Source of the DNA: Nemertoderma westbladi
Lineage: Eukaryota; Animalia; Xenacoelomorpha
Reading direction: 5' to 3'
NCBI GenBank assembly: GCA_032718475.1
Contig: JAUCBJ010000782.1
Span: 1-38,540 of the forward strand
Length of the DNA: 38,540 nucleotides
Positions 15,289 to 24,502 of this stretch are shown here, piece by piece. The notes beneath the pieces are model-generated. The model searched no databases. It was not told where the DNA came from and saw only the letters and a list, made by a program, of their open reading frames with translations. The number at the start of each line of letters is the position of its first letter. Position 1 is the stretch's first letter. The position numbers and the translations under genes were made by a program.

Positions 15289-16248
15289 TTAGGATGTAAT
15301 ATTATCCTGGAATATAAGTTTAACGAATCCCTGAGGCGAGTCGAGAATCTGGGCGCAGAACGGGCAGCTGGGGTGGAAGGATTCGGCTCCGTGCGGAACC
15401 GGAACCGAGTTCCAGAACTCCGCTGTACGTTGCGACGTTACGTGTCCGCAGGGCCGGAAGGCGCGACTCGGGGGCTCCGAGTCGACGTAGAAGCAGCGCT
15501 CCACCCCGGGCACCAACGGCACGAAGGGCCCCTTCCCGCGGCACAGCGGGCACTCCCGCAGCCCGGGGGCGGCGCCCTCGCCCCAGTGGTGGCGGCCCAC
15601 CACGTGGCCGCACTGCAGGTAGGCGTACGGCTGTCCGGGGGTCTCCCCGACGACGCCGCGGCGAGCGGGGGGGATCATCAAAGTGTTGAAGTTGATCGGG
15701 CACTGCGGGCGGCGCGCGTTGACCCCCAGGAATAGCCGCTCGATCTCCCCACGCGTCGGGGTCGACTCGAGACCTTCCGACGATCGCCATAACAACGTGG
15801 CGCCGCACAAGTCGATCAGCGAACCGTCTCGGAGTTGGTTGGACTCGTATTTAACGGGTTCCGTGTGGCGCGGCGCGCCGCGGTTGTCGCGCGCGGCGAA
15901 CAGGTTCCCGCAGACGGAGACCTCCCGCCACGGGACCGCCGCCCCCGAGTCGCCGTGGAAACCGACGAGTGGCTGCATGAGGAAGACCCCGTTGGTGGTC
16001 ATCCCGTCCATTAGTCGGCCACCCGGGATGCGCCACTTTGTGGCGCGCTCGCCCAGCACGATGGATCGCGAGGTGTCGAACCCGGCCGCGTAGAGACGCG
16101 CCGTGTGCGGCGGTTGGCGGTCGCAGACTATCCGACAGGAGAAACGCGAGACCGTCGACTGCGACAATGTAAAGTCGTCCACTGATTGGGCGCCCGGGAC
16201 CGTATCCATGACAACCAAGTCTATTGGAGATTCTATTGAGCGACCAAC
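15289..16248 (-). CDS. Peli: Pellino E3 ubiquitin ligase, coding exon 2 (FHA core + CHC2CHC2 RING-like domain, 319 aa + stop)
   Basis: The acceptor TTTTTAG|GTT at 16250-16249 opens VGRSIESPIDLVVMDT. Pellino motifs present: STVSRFSCRI, YAAGFD, DGMTTNGV, WREVSVCG, DGSLIDLCGATLLWR, RPQCP, CGH..CPLC..CGH..CPFC, KLIFQD. Confidence 0.96.
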   Translation of the reverse strand, partial: VGRSIESPIDLVVMDTVPGAQSVDDFTLSQSTVSRFSCRIVCDRQPPHTARLYAAGFDTSRSIVLGERATKWRIPGGRLMDGMTTNGVFLMQPLVGFHGDSGAAVPWREVSVCGNLFAARDNRGAPRHTEPVKYESNQLRDGSLIDLCGATLLWRSSEGLESTPTRGEIERLFLGVNARRPQCPINFNTLMIPPARRGVVGETPGQPYAYLQCGHVVGRHHWGEGAAPGLRECPLCRGKGPFVPLVPGVERCFYVDSEPPSRAFRPCGHVTSQRTAEFWNSVPVPHGAESFHPSCPFCAQILDSPQGFVKLIFQDNITS

Positions 16249-16373
16249 CTAAAAATATTGGCCATTACTATTTATTTGGTTCAATAACCTAAAGGTACAC
16301 AAACAGCGCGACAATTAATGTAATATTTAATAGATAACCGAATTCTGAAAGATTCATAAATCAGCCAACAATT

Positions 16374-16472
16374 AGGGATGTACCGGAATTCCGTTGCCGC
16401 CGGGATTCCGGCCGTTTTGGAGGGATTCCGGTTCCGGACGGAATTACAGATATTCCTTCGCCGGAATATTCT
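16374..16472 (+). mobile_element. hAT-like transposon end fragment (TAGGGATGTACCGGA terminus with CCGGAAT/ATTCCGG subterminal repeats)
   Basis: An Ac-like TAGGGATG terminus is followed by clustered CCGGAA/TTCCGG motifs. No partner end was found nearby. Confidence 0.4.
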
Positions 16473-17015
16473 GTTTTTACTTCTTTAATATCCTACTGAT
16501 AATATTATTTTTGGATTCAAACTTTATTTTTAAACGTTTAACTAACGAATCACAATATTATACCAAGAAAAGCCACTGGAGTAAGACACATGGAATGATG
16601 GAATGTTTTTGAAAACAATCGATTCCAATAAAAGGTTACACAGAGTTTAACGTCCAATTGAAGGGTTTACCAGTTTACTAAACCAAATAGACTACTGGTG
16701 GTCCATCTAAAGTCTAGTGAGTTTTTACATTTAAACACTTTTAGATTGATAATTATAATAATTAGTGATACATTAACAGTTTATTATTTAATTATATTCT
16801 GAAACCGTGTGTATTATATATTCGTAAAGAAATTTTACTGCTTTTAAGTTCGAGAAAATGGTCATTGCTTCAGAATAATCGACCTATTTGAACTATGTTG
16901 TTAACCTAATACGGGAAACAGTTATTTTTGAATTATCCGCTCAATCAAACCAAGGATACACTCAGAAAAACATTATACTCACTCATTAAACATACAATAT
17001 TGAAATGTTCTAGAG

Positions 17016-17208
17016 TTAATATACGGAAATAATAACCTGAAGCGAATAAAACTGAATAATCACTGATGCCGTTCCAGAAGCAAATTAACCTGTATAATTA
17101 CCGAGGCCGTAGGCCGAGGTTATTATATTAGGTTAATTTGCTGAAGGATAAGGCAGAAGTGATTATTACAGATTTATTCGCGGAAGCATTTTTATTTCCG
17201 CATATTAA
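17016..17208. mobile_element. 193-bp imperfect palindromic element (MITE-like foldback)
   Basis: TTAATATACGGAAATAA pairs with TTATTTCCGCATATTAA. Inner arms also pair (GCGAATAAA/TTTATTCGC, AATAATCACT/AGTGATTATT, AGCAAATTAACCT/AGGTTAATTTGCT) around a CCGAGGCCGTAGGCCGAGG centre. Confidence 0.75.
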
Positions 17209-17735
17209 TAATAATAATAATAATACACAATTTCTTATTATGCACCTTTTTCGCAAGGTTCAAAGGCGCAGTAGTAAAAACAGTTAGAAAGTCAGTTGAA
17301 GGCCCTATTATATAAACATGTTTTGAGTTGAGTTTTGAATGATTCTAAATTAGTGTAAGTTCTTAAGCTAAGGGGGAGGCTGTTGAAAATAATTGGGGCA
17401 GCATGTTTAAATGCGCGGGAACCGACCGACTTTAAGTTGTATCTTGGGACCGATAAAGTCCACACTTGTTGGGTTCTAGTCGGGTTGTAGTTTGGAGTCA
17501 ACTGTTCAAAAATGTAAAACGGGGCGAGACCATTAAGCGCCTTCCACGTCAAATCTTGTACTCGATACGGAAGGTGACCGGCAACCAGTGAAGAGTTCGT
17601 AAAGTAGGGGTGATGTGAGACCGAACAGGTTGACCTGAAATAAGGCGAGCGCAGCTATTAAGTGCAAGTTGTAGTCTGTTGAGGGACACGGTTGGTAGAT
17701 TATACAGGAGACCGTTGTTTTGATCGATACGAGAT
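17209..17735 (-). mobile_element. 5'-truncated L2/CR1-group LINE 3' fragment with frameshift and (TAT)n tail
   Basis: ORF2 C-terminal motifs HITPTLRTLHWLPVTFRIEYKI, KALNGLAPFY, GSRAFKHAAPIIFNSLP and FKTQLKT. A short 3' UTR with GCGCCTTTG..AAAGGTGC is followed by a (TAT)n tail at 17209-17225. Confidence 0.9.
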
Positions 17736-18911
17736 ATATTTTCCTTGTTTTTTTTTTTTCGTTTCCGCACTCACTGCATGAACATAAGGATGAGGTTAGG
17801 ACGACTAAATCTGTGTAACTATATTTATTTTGTTTTAACATGTAGCTAGGGTTTTACAATAGTAAATTTAATGGTATTAATGAGATGTCAAACAACGAAA
17901 ATATCTTAAGTTTCTTTTTCATCCGTTTCTATCTAATTTAATGATGCTCCCATTGCATTGCAGCTTTGGGTGAGGTCGGTTTGTAATAAGAGTTATATTT
18001 CTTACGAATATGGAATACTGGAGTAGAATTTAAAGTGCCATTCTGTCAATCTTATTGAGATGGTCATTTTGCTTAATGTCAATTTCTCTGATATACGATT
18101 TGAGAATAGCTAGGGCCTACATGTGAAAAGAAACCGTAGCTAATTTGGTATATTTGCTGTACTAGGAATACTAGTATAATAACATTCAATTCTATGAATA
18201 TACTGCTACATAACATACGGTATATATATTTTCTAGAATCCCGTATCAGACAGTCAGGGAGATCATCAAATTTGAGAATACCTCAAATTTCAAATTATAG
18301 ACCCAATTTTGGAATTACCTCAAATTTAATACAAGGTTAGGTTAATTCTCTAAATTGGAGTTTTACCCCAAATTTGAATTTCATAGCAGCATAGTCAGAT
18401 ACAGACAGAAGTCATAGTTGGCCTTGTTCAGTAGTTGTTAGCTTGTTCCTGTATTGCAAAGGCAAAAAAATAAACTGATGTAGGCCTAGTGTCTGAGTGT
18501 TGTGAAATATAATATTTAAAACATATACAGTATTAGTTTAAAAAGGCTACTGGTAGGGCGGTAGGGGTGCAGTGGGGTGGTATGATCAGATGGCAGATGG
18601 TAGACATATAAAACGAAGTACAGAGCTTAAAGAACTTATATTTTTATATTGTTACTTTTTTGCTTGAATATGCCATAAAATCGGGAGAAAAAGTAGTAGG
18701 CCTACTTTTTTTTTTCCTACTGGTAGGGAAAAAGTTGTCCCCATAATATCTGAATATTGTAACTTTTTGTTGGGCACAGCTTTTGCAAAGTCGGCAACAC
18801 AGCAACCTGCAATAATATTGAATAATATTGCCACATAATAATGTACCATAGAGCCATAATTTTGCATTGATTTTACTTTTTCTCCCAGTAAAAAAAGTAA
18901 AATAAAACATT

Positions 18912-19182
18912 GGCACTTGTGTCAAATAGGGGACCCTCCTAGCTCCTAATCTGCTAACCCTGAAATCACCTAAACTGAAGTCACTTTCACTAGTGCCCGG
19001 TTACAGGGTTAGCAAAGGAGCAGGTTACAGAAGTGCAGAAGTGAGTTGAACTTGAAAGTAACCAAAAAACAATAAACAAGAGTTAGGGATATTGATATCA
19101 CCTGCACTAAATTTCAGGATTAGCTGGTGATTTCAGGATTAGCAGATTAGGAGGGTCACCTATTTGATTTGACACAAGTGCC
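18912..19182. mobile_element. 271-bp MITE with GGCACTT termini and 8-bp TSD, nested in the 2.4-kb element
   Basis: GGCACTTGTGTCAAAT...ATTTGACACAAGTGCC, with extended inner arms (CTAATCTGCTAA/TTAGCAGATTAG). Flanks are AAAACATT and AAAATATT (1 mismatch). Confidence 0.8.
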
Positions 19183-19469
19183 AAAATATTTTTGGTGGAA
19201 TTTCTAAAATTTCATTGAATGTGTTGTTCAAAATTTTTGATCGAAAGTTTAGAAAAATCCATCGCTACACACTATTGCAATGCAAATTTAATGCCTGCAA
19301 GGTGTACTCCAGAGATGAGATAAAGCCTCGAGAATAGGTTAGTGAAAAAGGTTATACTTTTTGCCCAAGTTATAAATGATTCTGCTTCCTCATATGGTCA
19401 ATTTAAAAGGATGTATGTGTGTATAGTATAAACAAACAGTCATTTAGATTTCTAAAACATTTCAGATGT

Positions 19470-19740
19470 CTTGATAAGAAAGCAGAGTCTAAAGACTGTT
19501 TAAAAGAATAGCGATTAGTGATGATGATGTTTCTACTGTGTTCCAGGTCCAGCATATTCCATATGTTAATGGCCCTGATAACTGGATAAAGAAGAGGTGA
19601 TGTATGGAACATGCAGACATGGAAGCATGGGCAGATGGGCGGGGCATGGCCTTTACAGTCTCCAGTCGTATAGAATAACTAACAAAAGAATCAAGTCCAC
19701 ATCACATATATTGTATAAACCACGTCAACCTTTGCGGCAA
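19470..19740 (-). mobile_element. Possible highly decayed CR1-like LINE remnant
   Basis: RAINIWNML...SFKQSLD resembles the R..N.WN.L...SFK..LD ORF2 C-terminal motif. Weak evidence. Confidence 0.25.
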
Positions 19741-20973
19741 CATTTCTCTAGAAATGGGCTCCACACTGTGGAAGAATGATGGTACAGTATTCCAATTGAC
19801 AGATAGAGCTAGAGCAGGCAAATATTACATAAGTCTTCAGGTTGTCAGGAGAGGAATGGCTTCATTTGATGTACAAAGTTTTAAAGAGGACATCAACAAC
19901 CAGAAAACATATTTTTTTCCGAAGATGTGTGATATGAATGATGAACAGAACAGATGAATGCCAGAATATGTAAACTTCCAAATTCTGGAATTGATTCAAC
20001 ATCCTGACATCTACAAGATATAGTAGGTCTTCCTGAGTCTGTGACTGTGCAGCTGTGTGAGCTTGAATCTCGCAACAGTGAGGCTTTGGTCTACTGTTCT
20101 TCTTACCAACAGTACAGCAGTAAGGCTGTAAGGATAGCGAATTTCTCTAGTCTTCTGCATTTTTCTCACCAATCACTAAAGGAGTTAACAATCATTAAAG
20201 TTATTAAACATGTCATGTCACATTGGTCACTGGTTACACTGGTCACCCATTATCACCAAGCTCTATAAGCACTAAGCAGCAAAGCCTACTGCTACACCCT
20301 ACTGCTGGCAGGCTGGTGATGTTGTAAAGACTGGCGAAATTTGAGGTTTTGTCTCAAATTTGAGGTTTAACCTCAAATTTCAATTTTCGCCCCCAATAAA
20401 AGCATGTTTGCATCGGTGAAACATTTTATTGCATCGATAAAAGTTCTTATTTTACATTATATTTTAACATATTAAAAGTAGAAGTTGCTCCAACAGTTTC
20501 CCTAAGTCGCAGCAACACACGATATTATGAGCCTAAAAATACCTCAAATTTGAACAAAAAACCCCAATTTTCGACAGCCTACTACCAGAATTCGAAATTT
20601 GGGGTAACCCCAAAATTAATGATCTCCCTGACTGTCAGAGCAATATCTAAAAAAAAAGTAGACCCCTATAATTATCGGAAAAAATGGTATTATACAACAT
20701 TTATTTTATTTAAAATTATACGAAAATAATTTTAGCTAGTTCAGTAGTTTCCCTAGTTATATGCAAAAATAAACAATTTACAATAAAATACATAAATATT
20801 AATAATATAAATATTAATCGTATAAATATTAATCCAGTAATCGTATAAATATTCTAGACATAGCGACATAGGCCTACCGGTACCGGTTGGTACTGAGTAG
20901 ACCTACTGACATACGTCTAACAGTCTAATGCATAACGGGATCTCAGGATCTGGCCTGGGGATGGGCTACTCAC

Positions 20974-21366
20974 CTGAAACATATCTCGACTATCGTCAGG
21001 AACATAGGGAACTACAACTGTTTCCCTTCGCGACAAGGTGTAGGTTATCCTGTGGGAACCGTTATCGTTACGGGAACCTCCCTCGCCCTTCTCGGCTCCC
21101 TCCCGCTCCCACCGACTCTTCTTATCATCCTGCTTGTGCGACTTCGTCGGCGGTTTCACCGCGTTTGGTTTGTCTCGTTGTCTCAGCGTGAAACGCGATC
21201 TCCACCGACCCCGGTCGCCGCCGGGTAACTCTCCGTTTAATCCGAGGACGATAAGTTCTCCATAGACCACCGGACGACGCGGTTTACCTCGGCTTTTGGG
21301 CCTATCATCGCGGTCAGAGACAGCGCTAACTGGGTTGAAAGTCGTCCCTTCTGTCGCTAAACTCAT
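20974..21366 (-). CDS. Peli: Pellino, coding exon 1 (131 aa, MSLATEG...DMFQ)
   Basis: Motifs YGELIVLGLNGELPGGDRGR.RSRF and H.ITYTLSR..TVVV.Y..D...DMFQ. A perfect donor CAG|GTGAGT lies at 20973. The phase-0 join to exon 2 restores DMFQ-VGRS. The start codon is the first in-frame ATG and is inferred. Confidence 0.93.
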
Positions 21367-21431
21367 AACTAAAATCAACGTGCAGGCAGACGTGTGTTCA
21401 CTGTTACCATGTAGCGTAGAAGTACTGAAGT

Positions 21432-21706
21432 CAGGGATGGCAATTAGCAGATTAGGTTTTAATATTAGGTTTTATTATTAGGTGAGAACTAATCCAGCAA
21501 TAATCTGCCAATCAAGCTCAGGCAGTCAGGTCAATCTAATCAATTAATAGGGCCTATACAAATACACAATACAGCCTGGCCGAAATATTACAAAAACCTA
21601 GCAATACCGGTACTGCAATAACATTCAAAAACCTGCAAAAACCTTCCAAAAACCTAACAAAAACCTAATTTTTGTTTTGAAAAACCTAAGGTTTTTGCCA
21701 GCCCTG
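21432..21706. mobile_element. 275-bp hAT-like MITE immediately upstream of the Pellino ATG
   Basis: CAGGGATGGCAA at the left and TTGCCAGCCCTG at the right (11/12 inverted match). TAGGTTTT repeats lie on the left and AAAACCT repeats on the right. The TSD is degenerate. Confidence 0.65.
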
Positions 21707-21914
21707 GCTGTAAGGTGTACTAAGCTGCTAAGTACTACTTCTGTACTTCAGTACAGTAGTACAAGTTGGATATGGATAAGGATGACTCATTACGTTCCAC
21801 AAGAAATGGCTGGATGCAGGGATGCCCTCTTCAGCTCTTGCTTGTAAATTAGCCTATAAACTGAAGCCGTATTTTACATTGCATTGGTTTATATCAGTCA
21901 GTCAGTATATTGAC

Positions 21915-22236
21915 TAAATGCCAGAATGCCAAAGTGCCTTTAGGGAACTCTTAAGTACGATTTATACTACAGTTCCCCTAAAGCACTAAGGCATTTTGGC
22001 ATTTACGCTGGCTGGCTGGATGCAATTATCTACTGTACAGTAGGTAGCGTAGGCCTACCTGGAAAATGCCAAAGTTCCTTTAGCTGTTTAGGGAACTCTT
22101 AAGGATTTAGGCCTATACTACAGTTCCCCTAATGCAGTAATGCATTCTAGCATTTTGGCATTTACGCTGGATGCAATTATTTAGGTACCGGTACCTGGCT
22201 GCTGGAGAAAATGCCAAAGTGCCTTTTGGGAACTAT
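21915..22236. repeat. About 2.5 tandem copies (period about 140-150 bp) of a ~90-bp hairpin unit
   Basis: AATGCCAAAGT(G/T)CCTTT..GGGAACT recurs near 21925, 22065 and 22210. In copy 1, 21915-21949 pairs with 21971-22005. Confidence 0.75.
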
Positions 22237-22844
22237 TCGTGTGACTTACTGTGTACTGACTTAGCCACACGTCTAACAGCCTGACAGCTATCTAAACATT
22301 AACATATACCTACCAGTCAGCCAGTATACTACCAGTATACACAGATACAGGTGACAGGTATACTGCCAACTGCAGCAGGTACAAGCAACCAGTGCCAGTA
22401 TACTGCAGTACCTAAACGAAATTTGCAGTCTGGCTCTGGCAGTACCGGTACTGATAGTTTAAGCATTGCACCTTCATGACCTTGCTGCAGTGCTGGCTGC
22501 TGGCTTGGTTCCTTCTGTTCTGTCCTTGTTTATCTCAATATCTATCAGTCCATCCTGCTATCTCTACCGGCAGACCGGTACGGTACAGGTCAGCAGGTAT
22601 TTGATAACTTTATGATTCATCATTCAATACTCTTTCAACAGATGACAATACCACGCTAGTACAATACTACTGCAGTACGGTACTGAGACTGATTAGGTTG
22701 TAGAAACTGAATTCTGGAATTAGGAATGATCAATGATGATGAATTGGATTTGTCTAAATTTTTTGTTTTACTAGCGGATCCAAACCAACAGACCAATGCG
22801 TGTACTAAATAGATAGGGCTTATGACTGTATGAGACGGTAAAAC

Positions 22845-23032
22845 GAACTTAGATCCTGCAAGGCCTGACTTTGATGAACTTAAATCTTTGCGAACTTAGG
22901 TCCTATATGCGAACATACAGTAGATCCTACCTGGGTGAAATTAGATCCTACCTAGGTGAACTTATCCTAACTAGGTGAACTTTGATCCTAACTAGGTGAA
23001 CTTAGATCCTGACTAGGTGACCTTAGATCCCA
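22845..23032. repeat. Degenerate ~21-bp minisatellite GAACTTAGATCCTA(A/C)CTAGGT
   Basis: About 6 clear units and several decayed units are visible. Confidence 0.8.
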
Positions 23033-23223
23033 ATTTATGCTATTAAATGCCTTTGGGAACCTTATGAGAAATCTACAGTCTGACAGTGCGGCGATCACAT
23101 AGCGTCACTTTTTGGCCTCCCCTATGACATACACCATGTCCTGGAATATAGTGTCGTTATTCAGGTACCTGCCCCCCCCCCCCAAATTTTTCTACAAATC
23201 TTAATGAGATTGCATGAAATTTG

Positions 23224-23757
23224 GGCACTTTTTCGGTATTAGGGCCCCATTTTTTTATATTTATTTATATTTATATTATTAGTGAATGTTCTCGAACCTT
23301 AGTAGATTTTTTATGGTATAATGCTAGTATTTTTTACTAGCTAGTAATTTTTGGAAATTATTTTGGTCATTAATATATTCTTCAATGAAATGAATATTTC
23401 TAAAAATACTAGCTAGCAAAAAGATTTTTTATCGTATAATGCTAGTATTTAAAAAATTTTTTTTTTAAAAAGTGTCGCTCACTAGTTTCTATGGAAACAA
23501 CACATTCTAGAACATTTTATAATGTATTAGCTAGTTATAATGTTTCCAAATGCACGATTGAACTTTCGTGAGCTTGTTGTAGCTACTAGTACATAGCTAC
23601 AGTTGTAGCTAGTAGTTATAATTATATAGCAGAAAATATAACACCAAGTATATTTCAAACAATAAATAATTGTTAGCTAACTGGTAATATGCAGTAAAAC
23701 TGAATTACACTTACCCAAAAAATGGGGAAAATGGGGCCCTAATACCGAAAAAGTGCC
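23224..23757. mobile_element. 534-bp MITE with GGCACTT termini and perfect 8-bp TSD GAAATTTG, inserted in the left arm of the long-TIR element
   Basis: GGCACTTTTTCGGTATTAGGGCCCCATTTT and its reverse complement ending at 23757. GAAATTTG lies at 23216-23223 and 23758-23765. The right arm of the host element lacks the insert. Confidence 0.92.
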
Positions 23758-24264
23758 GAAATTTGAAATAGAGATAGTTCCACCTCCCTCCTCCTCCGTG
23801 GGTGAGCCAGAATTTTTATTTTTGCTTTCAATCTTTAGCTATACAAGCGTTTAAAAAAGGTGTCTCCGGTGATATTTCACCAGTTACATCGTAGTTATTC
23901 TTCAACCTTATAGTGATTTGTTGGTACTGATGGAAAGCTGGCCATGCAAGGATTCCAAATATGTAACATAATCTGAATTTCGTTGAAACATAGCTGAGAT
24001 ATGAGCGTTCAAAAGTTGCTTGGTTTTGCATCTGCATGAGGCTATTTTATTCTATTAAATAAAAATACCATATTCTAGACAACAATGCATTACATCTTTA
24101 ATCATACTATTACGTAGCTATTCATACAACAATAACCGATTTACAATTGGCGAATAATCCCGTACATAACTAAAATTAATAGTAATTAATATTAATATAA
24201 ACACCCAAGAGTTGCATATTTCTAGTAGTGACGGCTGAATGAATAGGGTTTGTAAAGTGTACAT

Positions 24265-24383
24265 CTAATATTCCTCCTCTCCCTCCTCATCTTCGGCTCC
24301 ACCACTATATCAACTCCAACCTCCTCGTAATCCTTCTCCAGAGCAGCGAGATCCTCATGAGCCTCGCTGAATTCTCCCTCTTC
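24265..24383 (-). pseudogene. Captured alpha-tubulin C-terminal fragment (frameshifted)
   Basis: Manual translation gives [25 protein letters not shown], a frameshift, then [13 protein letters not shown]-stop. This matches the alpha-tubulin terminus [23 protein letters not shown]...EEY. Confidence 0.93.
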
Positions 24384-24502
24384 TAACGCACCGCCCACAT
24401 CCCTGCGCTATCGTCAAGCCCTATTAGCCGCCACGACCTCCGCCCACCCCTCAAACAAAGACCGACTGCCCGGACCAAGGCGATAGAAAGCCGCGCCCTC
24501 AC
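24383..24502 (-). mobile_element. Fragment resembling the C-terminus of CRE-like (RLE) non-LTR retrotransposon ORFs
   Basis: Manual translation gives [39 protein letters not shown]-stop. This resembles the recalled motif W(V/I)R.RLSFA(I/L)LR...CLRGSR..WR at the end of such ORFs. Confidence 0.6.

Larger units (their letters stand above)
18251..20634. mobile_element. 2.4-kb non-autonomous TIR DNA transposon with 5-bp TSD (TCAGA)
   Basis: TIR CAGTCAGGGAGATCAT at 18251 and its exact reverse complement ending at 20634. TCAGA flanks both ends (18246-18250, 20635-20639). Many CCTCAAATTT subterminal repeats lie at both ends. Confidence 0.85.

Noticed and set aside
15320-16093. Overlapping ORFs of 162, 120, 136 and 61 aa
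   Set aside because: These are shadow frames of the GC-rich Pellino exon with low-complexity Arg/Pro/Ala content.
19597-20268. Short ORFs inside the 2.4-kb TIR element as a transposase
   Set aside because: No DDE, BED or dimerisation motifs are recognisable, and the ORFs are short and discontinuous.
20917-20973. C-terminal VSSPSPGQILRSRYALDC of the 153-aa ORF
   Set aside because: This is read-through into the intron past the GTGAGT donor. Pellino similarity resumes at 16248.
24265-24383. Functional alpha-tubulin last exon
   Set aside because: It is frameshifted, no upstream tubulin exons are present in the window, and it is enclosed in a TIR element.
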